Below are positions 1 to 6,271 of a DNA stretch of 10,471 nucleotides, piece by piece; within the stretch, counting starts at the first letter, position 1; each line of letters starts with the position of its first letter. This DNA is from Candidatus Altiarchaeales archaeon IMC4 (GTDB lineage Archaea > Altiarchaeota > Altiarchaeia > IMC4). The translations under genes and the position numbers were made by a program. Under the pieces are notes generated by a model that saw only the letters and a list, made by a program, of their open reading frames with translations, ran no database searches and had not been told where the DNA came from. The DNA is taken from the NCBI GenBank assembly GCA_001742785.1, contig MCBF01000001.1, positions 546,664-557,134 on the forward strand, given 5' to 3'.

Positions 1-181
1 TCATCCCAAAGGGAATTCGCTTCGCGAATTCGACAATTCGACATTAGTTTATCTATTGAGCGGCTTGCTTAGGTGTCTCCTTGCCCCGGCAGTTACCTCG
101 TAGCTGCCGATTTTTATCCCCCTTTCCACCTGCCGAAATACGACCGCCGATTCGGGAAACCGCCTGCCGCAGGTTTTGCAC
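1..181. repeat. Second copy of the tiaS 3' end plus downstream hairpins (direct repeat of 251-431, period 250 bp; may extend left of the window)
   Basis: 1-181 aligns to 251-431 with a single mismatch (G88 vs C338, synonymous Ala GCC/GCG in the tiaS frame). The copies diverge at 182/432. Confidence 0.97.
49..180 (-). pseudogene. tiaS: Duplicated 3' fragment of tiaS (CKTCGRRF...HLSKPLNR*) with no start of its own
   Basis: Identical in translation to the last 43 codons plus stop of tiaS (299-430). Confidence 0.8.
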
Positions 182-182
182 A

Positions 183-293
183 TAGCCCTTTAGAAAAGGG
201 TTACGCAAGCGACTTTGTCGTAGCGCGCTGAAGACCAAGGGTCTTCTGCGTCATCCCAAAGGGAATTCGCTTCGCGAATTCGACAATTCGACA
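183..293. repeat. Cluster of five short inverted repeats (REP-like hairpins) immediately downstream of the tiaS stop
   Basis: TAGCCCTTT-aga-AAAGGGTTA (183-203, one G.T pair); CGC..CGAC-ttt-GTCG..GCG (204-225); CGC-t-GAAGACC-aag-GGTCTTC-t-GCG (226-250); TCCC-aaa-GGGA (254-264); GAATTCGC-ttc-GCGAATTC (263-281); then tandem AATTCGAC x2 (277-292). Confidence 0.85.
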
Positions 294-298
294 TTAGT

Positions 299-1504
299 TT
301 ATCTATTGAGCGGCTTGCTTAGGTGTCTCCTTGCCCCCGCAGTTACCTCGTAGCTGCCGATTTTTATCCCCCTTTCCACCTGCCGAAATACGACCGCCGA
401 TTCGGGAAACCGCCTGCCGCAGGTTTTGCACTGGAAGCCCTTGTCTTTTCCTTCGCTCTTGGCATTCCTGCCGCAGCATACCGGCCGGATTTCTTCGTAC
501 TGCTTCTCGAGACTCAACACCTCAAACTTTTCAAGGTTCAGCGTGCCCGTGTACTTCCCAATGCAGCCGGATATGGTCACTTCATCGCCTATTATAAGCG
601 CCCGCGCCCTGTCCCTGAAACTTCCGGTCGGCTCATAGGCGGCACATTCAATCATTTTAGTTCCATCGGAAATCCCGAAAAAAACATGGCCCCCTGCAAT
701 AGTCCGCGGCTTAGAAGAAACCTTCGCCTTGATTCTCGCGCAGTCATAAGGCTTCAAGTCAGCTATCCGCTTGTCGCGCAGATGTGCATCCGTCCCCTGG
801 TTCGTCTCGAATATCTGGACAAACTCTACTGGTTCTGTCTTCAGCATCTTCCACGCCGATTCGACATCCAGCGGCGTTTGCCCCCTTATGCCGCACAAAA
901 TCGGGTCGTCCCCCCTTGGCATTATCAGCACGCGGTTTGTTTCGTAATCGAAGTTGTTGAACGTGTTTGTTTTTTTATCCATCTGGATGACTGATTCTTC
1001 ATCCACCCACCGGGGCTTGCCGTAATTCTCTGGCTTCCTGTAGGCGATAAGTTCATATGTCCTGTCGTCAAGGGCCGCGCCCGCCGCAGCCAGCGCCCCG
1101 ATTATACCGCGGCCGTTCTTGAAGCCGTGGGTTTGCGCTTTTGCCTTTTTCGCCGCCGCTTTTGCGTCCTCGATTGTTACAATCTCCGAGACCGCCCTTT
1201 TGTAGAACTCGTTGAGGATGTCAATGTTGGCGCAATCGTCCACAAAAACGACGCCGGGATTCGTCCCCTCCGCCGCAAGGTGCGCATTTTTTTTCACGTA
1301 GTCTATGACAACGTCCTCAATATCCTCGCCGCCTTCGGCCTCAAACGAAACCGCGCCGTTGCCCCTCGTCTTGTAGGGGATGTTCGGGTTCAGGCGCACG
1401 ATTTTCGGATATCCGCCCGCCCTAAATCTCCTGAAAAGGTTTGCCGCCAGGTACGTCGTGCACATCCCGTCTATGGAATCTGTGTCATCTACCCCTATGA
1501 TCAT
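299..1504 (-). CDS. tiaS: tRNA(Ile2) 2-agmatinylcytidine synthetase TiaS (401 aa)
   Basis: N-terminal IIGVDDTDS..GMCTTY, VRLNPNIPYKTRGNGA, GRGIIGALAA, TNQGTDAHL, OB fold (GGHVFF...CAAYEPTG), C-terminal Zn ribbon and ARRHLSKP. The ATG at 1504 directly precedes the first conserved motif; the ORF-track extension to 1642 is AT-rich intergenic DNA overlapping rpl21e. Confidence 0.96.
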   Translation of the reverse strand: MIIGVDDTDSIDGMCTTYLAANLFRRFRAGGYPKIVRLNPNIPYKTRGNGAVSFEAEGGEDIEDVVIDYVKKNAHLAAEGTNPGVVFVDDCANIDILNEFYKRAVSEIVTIEDAKAAAKKAKAQTHGFKNGRGIIGALAAAGAALDDRTYELIAYRKPENYGKPRWVDEESVIQMDKKTNTFNNFDYETNRVLIMPRGDDPILCGIRGQTPLDVESAWKMLKTEPVEFVQIFETNQGTDAHLRDKRIADLKPYDCARIKAKVSSKPRTIAGGHVFFGISDGTKMIECAAYEPTGSFRDRARALIIGDEVTISGCIGKYTGTLNLEKFEVLSLEKQYEEIRPVCCGRNAKSEGKDKGFQCKTCGRRFPESAVVFRQVERGIKIGSYEVTAGARRHLSKPLNR

Positions 1505-1608
1505 TTTACTGTTTATTTTTATTCTTGCAGCGTAAAGTATATATTCTACGTAATAATTTTTCCAAGACTTTTTATTGATTGAATACCTATTAGATATACT
1601 TTTTAACA
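1505..1608. promoter_or_regulatory. Divergent promoter region for tiaS and rpl21e
   Basis: AT-rich 104-bp gap between divergent start codons, with TATA-like tracts (TATATATT about 1538-1545; TTTTTATT about 1569-1576). Exact elements are not resolved. Confidence 0.55.
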
Positions 1609-1893
1609 ATGAAAGGCTCAAAAGGTTACCGAAGGGGCACAAGAAAACTGCAGGTTGGTCCGAGGGACAGGGGCAAGGTAAAGATCGGCAGGTACCTCCA
1701 TGAATTCAATGAAGAGGACCGCGTAGCGATAACTATCGACCCAAGCTACCAGGCAATCCCTAACCCGCGCTTTCAGGGCAAGACCGGCCGCATCGCAGGC
1801 AAACAGGGGCGGGCATATTACGTCAGGATAAAGGACGGGCAAATGCAGAAAGAGGTGCTTGTGGCACCGGAACACCTAAGTTTGGTAAAATAG
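1609..1893 (+). CDS. rpl21e: 50S ribosomal protein L21e (eL21)
   Basis: 94 aa basic protein with SKGYRRGTR, F..EDRVAITIDPS, P.PRFQGKTG, GKQGRAYYV.IKDG...K.V.V.PEHL, characteristic of archaeal eL21. Confidence 0.97.
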   Translation: MKGSKGYRRGTRKLQVGPRDRGKVKIGRYLHEFNEEDRVAITIDPSYQAIPNPRFQGKTGRIAGKQGRAYYVRIKDGQMQKEVLVAPEHLSLVK

Positions 1894-1906
1894 GATGAAA
1901 ACCGCC

Positions 1907-2108
1907 TTTTTCTCTTTTGCGAAAAGAGAAAAACGACACGCGTTTGCGGAACACCGCAAACGGTGCAAGAAACTTGTGAAAAGTTTCTGCACAGAAAGTT
2001 GTAAAACAACTTTCTTGTGCCCCGTGAATGAAAAATTCACGCGGGTGGCAACAAGCAAAAGTGTGAAACACTTTTGGTGCCCCAAAAGTGCAAATGCACT
2101 TTTGCGGG
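1907..2108. repeat. Array of seven abutting or overlapping hairpins with variable stems and a conserved bulged-base architecture
   Basis: Perfect arms at 1907-1918/1922-1933, 1941-1949/1954-1962, 1968-1975/1981-1988, 1993-2002/2006-2015, 2023-2029/2035-2041, 2056-2064/2068-2076 and 2083-2092/2095-2104. Confidence 0.93.
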
Positions 2109-2161
2109 AAAAGAAAAACCATTTACCGAGCTTAGGATTAAAACCAATAATATAAATTAAA

Positions 2162-3403
2162 ATGGATTTAGCGATATGGTTCGTCTATATCTCGTCGCTT
2201 TACCTTGCGATATTCTGGCTTCTGGTTCTGATAAGGAACCGCTTCGAGCCGGAGGAAGAAAAGAAGGACGAAATTGGGGCTTACTCACCGAGGGTATCGG
2301 TAATCGTTCCAGCCTACAACGAGGAAAAGGGGGTCGGGAAGTGCATCGAATCGCTCCTTAACATCGACTATCCGAAAAAGCTCCTTGAGATAATCGTGGT
2401 AAACGACGGCTCGAAGGACGGGACGAAAAGGATATGCGAGTCCTTCGGAAAGAAGATAAGGCTCATAAACATCGAAAAAAACAGCGGAACGAAGGCAGTC
2501 CCGATGAACATAGGACTAGATTATGCAACCGGCGAGGTGATTGCCTGTCTTGATTCCGACTCGATTGTTTCCCCGGACGCGCTCAAAAAGATGCTGCCAT
2601 ATTTCAGCGACCCGAAGGTCGGGGCGGTAACACCCGCGCTGAAGGTTTACGAGCCGAAGACATTCGTGCAGAAGCTCCAGTGGTTCGAGTACCTCTTTGC
2701 GATATTCCTCAGGAAACTGATGTCATTCATAGACTGCATTTATGTGACGCCCGGGCCGTTCAGCATCTACCGGGCAGAGGTGTTCGAAAAGGTAGGCAAG
2801 TTCGACGAAAAGAACATCACAGAGGACATGGAGATGGCCCTTCGTCTGCAGTCCGAGCATTACAAAATAAAAAACGCGATAGATGCGTTTGTCTACACGA
2901 TCGCCCCGAAAAACAAGCGCGAGATGTACAAGCAGCGAAGGCGGTGGTATACGGGTCTTTTGTACAATGCGCTAAAGTACAAATACCTGTTCTTCAACAG
3001 GAAATACGGCGACTTCGGGGTCCTGATGCCGATGAACGTTTTCAGCGTGTTCATAGTGATGCTGTCGACGTCAATCTTCGCCTACTACCTCCTGAAACCC
3101 GCGTTTATAAACCTAACCAATATGATGCTCGTGGACTTCGACATAATGACCTACCTTAAGGTCCTTGAGATTGACATACTCCTCCTGGACTTCGACATCG
3201 CCAAGGTCCTTATCGTAGTTCTGGTTTTTATCTTCGGCATAATCACCTTAACACTCAGCCACATGTTCTCCAAGGAGCCGCTGCGCTTCGGAACTTACCC
3301 TGTCATCCTGTTCATGCTTTTCTACTTCATGTTCCTTGGGGTGATATGGATCGGAGTCATTGCAGAAACCGTCCTCGGCGGCGGCATCAAAAGAAGGTGG
3401 TAG
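2162..3403 (+). CDS. Processive family 2 glycosyltransferase (cellulose-synthase-like, PgaC/IcaA-type), membrane-bound
   Basis: N-terminal TM; VSVIVPAYNEE, NDGSKD, LDSDS (DxD), TPGPF, ITEDMEM and QRRRW (the D,D,D,QxxRW signature); several C-terminal TM helices. Confidence 0.9.
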   Translation: MDLAIWFVYISSLYLAIFWLLVLIRNRFEPEEEKKDEIGAYSPRVSVIVPAYNEEKGVGKCIESLLNIDYPKKLLEIIVVNDGSKDGTKRICESFGKKIRLINIEKNSGTKAVPMNIGLDYATGEVIACLDSDSIVSPDALKKMLPYFSDPKVGAVTPALKVYEPKTFVQKLQWFEYLFAIFLRKLMSFIDCIYVTPGPFSIYRAEVFEKVGKFDEKNITEDMEMALRLQSEHYKIKNAIDAFVYTIAPKNKREMYKQRRRWYTGLLYNALKYKYLFFNRKYGDFGVLMPMNVFSVFIVMLSTSIFAYYLLKPAFINLTNMMLVDFDIMTYLKVLEIDILLLDFDIAKVLIVVLVFIFGIITLTLSHMFSKEPLRFGTYPVILFMLFYFMFLGVIWIGVIAETVLGGGIKRRW

Positions 3404-3435
3404 TACATATATTCTTGAAATTTTAATATTATGTT

Positions 3436-4671
3436 ATGAGAAAAATAACGGCCGAGATATACATAATCGCGGCGGTAATCACGCTCGCAATATTCTCGCT
3501 TGGGATTCTTTCGGGCGTGGTCATCGAGGGAAAGCGACTGGCGTACATAGAAAGCAAAGACAGCGCAGAGAAGATAAACTTCGAAAGTCTGCAGGTTCAG
3601 TACCTCTATCTTTCCACCCTTAATGAAAATGACGCATGCCCGGCCTTTTCCGCCAGCCTTAACAAATACATCGACCAGACGGAAAGCATCCGCATGCGGA
3701 TGGAAAACTATCTGGAGGACAGCGGGGTTTACAAAGACGAATTCCTGCTTTTGAAGCGCGAATACACGATATCGCAGGTGAATTACTGGATTCTGGCCGA
3801 AAAGACCAGGGATATGTGCAAAACCGACTTTGTAACAATCATGTATTTCCACTCGAAGGATTGCGCGGGGTGCCGGGAGCAGGGATTCGTCTTGGATTAC
3901 TTCAAAAAGATGCTGGGGAACCGGCTGCTCGTTTTTTCGTTTGACGCAAATTTTGCAGACGAGCCGATGATAGGCCTTCTGAAGAACACTCATAACGTAA
4001 CGGAAACGCCTGCAGTGATAATCGGGGACAAAAAATTCACGGGGTTTGTTTCGAAAGATGAGTTAAAAAATGAATTGTGCGGTTTGTATGCGGAGAAACC
4101 GGATATGTGCGGTGAACTTCCTGAAGAACATAAAGAAAATGAGGTCAATAATCAAACTCCAAAGGAAGAGTTATTAAATTTATTGACAAAACCTTCAGAA
4201 AAAAATTATAATGCCACACATATTTTTAGCATTGGCGGTTCGGGAGCATATACAAACATAGGTGGAGAAACCGTAGTTGTAAATAGTAAAGTAAAATATT
4301 ATAAATACACAAGTAGTAATCGGGCAGCGAACATATTAAAGGAATATTCTTCTGATAAGGGATGGTTGAATTGCAAAGACGCGCCGGGATCCGAACCGAC
4401 GACGAGAACAGAAACCATCCATTTAAATTGCAGTAATGAATATGATGGATTAACAGAGGAAACTTGGAAAAAAACACTTACTCAAAGTGTTTCTGCCGCG
4501 GCAAACATAAGTAAATTTTATGATGCAGAAAGTAATTTGACATGCTTTGATGTTGATATGGAAGAGGGTAGACTCTATGGCGATAGGATTTGCTTTGATG
4601 AAAAATGGCATTTTGTTAGTTGGTATGTTCGTTATGATCGAGGTGTTCAGAGCTGGACTAAAACAAGTTGA
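3436..4671 (+). CDS. Membrane-anchored protein with a thioredoxin-like CxxC domain (about aa 130-225) and an unrelated low-GC C-terminal extension
   Basis: N-terminal TM (IYIIAAVITLAIFSLGILSGVVI); YFHSKDCAGC; NVTETPAVII (position of the Trx-fold cis-Pro loop); FTGFVSKDEL. After about nt 4110 the composition shifts to AT-rich. Confidence 0.75.
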   Translation: MRKITAEIYIIAAVITLAIFSLGILSGVVIEGKRLAYIESKDSAEKINFESLQVQYLYLSTLNENDACPAFSASLNKYIDQTESIRMRMENYLEDSGVYKDEFLLLKREYTISQVNYWILAEKTRDMCKTDFVTIMYFHSKDCAGCREQGFVLDYFKKMLGNRLLVFSFDANFADEPMIGLLKNTHNVTETPAVIIGDKKFTGFVSKDELKNELCGLYAEKPDMCGELPEEHKENEVNNQTPKEELLNLLTKPSEKNYNATHIFSIGGSGAYTNIGGETVVVNSKVKYYKYTSSNRAANILKEYSSDKGWLNCKDAPGSEPTTRTETIHLNCSNEYDGLTEETWKKTLTQSVSAAANISKFYDAESNLTCFDVDMEEGRLYGDRICFDEKWHFVSWYVRYDRGVQSWTKTS

Positions 4672-4729
4672 ATTTTTAAATTTAAAGTACCAATTCCGCA
4701 CAAAATAAAAGTAGGGAACCAGAAACAGA

Positions 4730-5122
4730 ATGACGTTATCCAAGGAACACAAGAAATTTGCAAAGCAAATTTGTGTCGGGTATAATCCTGCAAGAGATTG
4801 TGGTTCAGATGCAGAAAAGGCATCCCAGTGGATTATGGAAAACACGAACAAGACAGATATACTTTATGTACAGGACGAATACACTGCATTGGCGTACTAC
4901 ACAAACAGAAAAATTATTTTAGCACCTTTTAACAAGACGGTATTTTTCAATCCGAAAACAACTTCAATGGAGCAGGATGGTTATTATGTTTATTTTGAAA
5001 AACAAGACAAAAACGAGAGGTTTCCGAAAACAGAAGAAATCGCAAATGACCAAAGATTCAGATTGGTTGAGTTAGTTGAGAATAAAGAAGGGGTTTATAT
5101 ATACGAGTATAAGTCAATATAG
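4730..5122 (+). CDS. Hypothetical 130-aa protein resembling the soluble C-terminal domain of GT-C (ArnT/AglB-like) membrane glycosyltransferases; probable 5'-truncated remnant
   Basis: ASQWIMENTNKTDILY...LAYYTNRKII and terminal GVYIYEY match the pattern A.WI..NT...D......YYT.R and V.IY. There are no TM segments, and an in-frame TAG lies at 4712-4714 upstream. Confidence 0.5.
   Translation: MTLSKEHKKFAKQICVGYNPARDCGSDAEKASQWIMENTNKTDILYVQDEYTALAYYTNRKIILAPFNKTVFFNPKTTSMEQDGYYVYFEKQDKNERFPKTEEIANDQRFRLVELVENKEGVYIYEYKSI
4747..4776. repeat. Solo degenerate copy of the hairpin family seen at 1907-2108
   Basis: ACAC-aag-AAATTTGC-aaa-GCAAATTT-GTGT. It shares CACAAGAAA...TTT..GTG with the reverse complement of the hairpin at 1989-2020. 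Confidence 0.6.
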
Positions 5123-5129
5123 GGTCAGG

Positions 5130-6215
5130 ATGAATAAGAAACTTTTGATATTATTTGCATTTGCCGTTGCAGTACTAATCGCCGGGATGTATGTTAAAGA
5201 CGAATGGAATGAAAGCGCACCAAAGCCGCAGAAAATAATTCTTGGAAAGTCATATATACTGGTTCCAAAGAACGCCGTAGTCGGCGTTCAGGTCGATAGG
5301 GTAATAAGGGATGTTGAATGGGTCGGCGTGTGGGACGAAAAGAAGGTTCCGGCAAACTACACACCAAGAGATACAAATGAGGTTGTTCCGTACATGGAAG
5401 GTGCGCGCACGATAGAACTCATGAACTATGCAAATGTTACTGTAGTTTCATTAACTCCGGCGGTGTGTAAAGAGGATTCGCTTGGGCGTTGCTATACTAA
5501 GGATGGCGAGGGAAATTACAGGTTTTACATGCCGCCGGACAAGATTAGAAGAACTGCTATAAAGACAGACGGCGGCTATATTCTTCATGACACTCATGGC
5601 GTTAACATGGTGGCGGAACAGGCGGCAAAGAAAAAGCCATTTCTCGTTATTGCCTGCGGGGATATGCCATCAAAAGCAGAGGCATCATTGTATCTTGCAA
5701 ACATGGGAATCAATGTTTATACGCCTTGCGACAGGTTCCAATATCTTAATCTGGATTATCAGGCAAAAGGTAGAATCATAGGAACTGCTCCAATAAGGAA
5801 TCATTCAACGGGGGCAATAATCGGAAACCAGAGTGTCGAAATTGATATGGGTGAGAAAATTGTTGTGCAGTGGACAGATAAACCGTACCCGGACCAGTAC
5901 TGTGATACGCCGTGGAGATATTTCACGGCGCTTGAGGATAAGTATAATTTAAAACTGGACCTAATAAGAACCCATGCAGACACCGGAGAATCCTATAAAG
6001 TTGTGCAAAAGGCAATGGGCGAAAACGCGAAAGTCATTGGTGTAAGGATTCATGATGAAAATGATTCTGAACCTGTGAAGAAGTGGCTTTCTGAAGATAA
6101 AGATAACCGGGCAATCTTGTTTCATTCAGCGCCTTATGTAGAGGGGTATAAATTATTTTTTGATTTCCCGAATCAGACCTCCTTTGGGGATTTGAAGCCA
6201 GAATTTATTTACTGA
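5130..6215 (+). CDS. Secreted or membrane-anchored hypothetical protein (361 aa), possibly an enzyme
   Basis: ATG at 5130 gives MNKKLLILFAFAVAVLIAG (signal/anchor). Motif-like segments: HDTHGVN, ACGDMPSKA, TPCDRF, QYCDTPWRYF, ILFHSAPY. Confidence 0.8.
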   Translation: MNKKLLILFAFAVAVLIAGMYVKDEWNESAPKPQKIILGKSYILVPKNAVVGVQVDRVIRDVEWVGVWDEKKVPANYTPRDTNEVVPYMEGARTIELMNYANVTVVSLTPAVCKEDSLGRCYTKDGEGNYRFYMPPDKIRRTAIKTDGGYILHDTHGVNMVAEQAAKKKPFLVIACGDMPSKAEASLYLANMGINVYTPCDRFQYLNLDYQAKGRIIGTAPIRNHSTGAIIGNQSVEIDMGEKIVVQWTDKPYPDQYCDTPWRYFTALEDKYNLKLDLIRTHADTGESYKVVQKAMGENAKVIGVRIHDENDSEPVKKWLSEDKDNRAILFHSAPYVEGYKLFFDFPNQTSFGDLKPEFIY

Positions 6216-6241
6216 GGTTATCCATCGGCGAACCCATAAAA

Positions 6242-6271
6242 TTTTAACTTTTGCACTTTGAATTTTGCATT
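6242..6271. repeat. Degenerate heptamer tandem repeat (TTTTAAC TTTTGCA CTTTGAA TTTTGCA) in the convergent intergenic gap
   Basis: 7-nt periodicity. 6250-6271 matches 7975-7996 at 20/22 positions. Confidence 0.65.

Noticed and set aside
183..293. tRNA or tRNA fragment (multi-stem, next to a tRNA-modifying gene)
   Set aside because: Loops are 3 nt, with no 7-nt anticodon loop, no T-arm consensus in the right context and no 7-bp acceptor stem.
1..431. Diversity-generating retroelement TR/VR pair
   Set aside because: There is only one mismatch and it is G/C, not adenine-specific. No reverse transcriptase is in the window.
323..1582. Plus-strand ORFs antisense to tiaS (323-994, 331-597, 426-638, 1127-1582) and minus ORF 53-238
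   Set aside because: These are shadow or alternative frames of a well-supported gene or its duplicate, with no recognisable motifs.
1505..1642. 46-aa N-terminal extension of TiaS in the ORF track
   Set aside because: It spans the AT-rich divergent promoter and overlaps rpl21e. Conserved TiaS sequence begins at ATG 1504.
1907..2108. CRISPR array
   Set aside because: There is no identical direct repeat alternating with unique spacers. Units differ in sequence and abut each other, and no cas genes are in the window.
3946..3956. Small palindrome GCAAA-t-TTTGC inside the Trx-like gene
   Set aside because: The arms are only 5 bp with a 1-nt loop, which is expected by chance.
5076..5129. Upstream start for the 379-aa ORF
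   Set aside because: It overlaps the preceding ORF. ATG 5130 places a canonical signal peptide at the N-terminus.
2176..5983. Alternative-frame and antisense ORFs within the GT2 block (e.g. 2680-3159, 3322-3993, 4226-4477, 4450-4851)
   Set aside because: They overlap better-supported CDSs and show no domain signatures.
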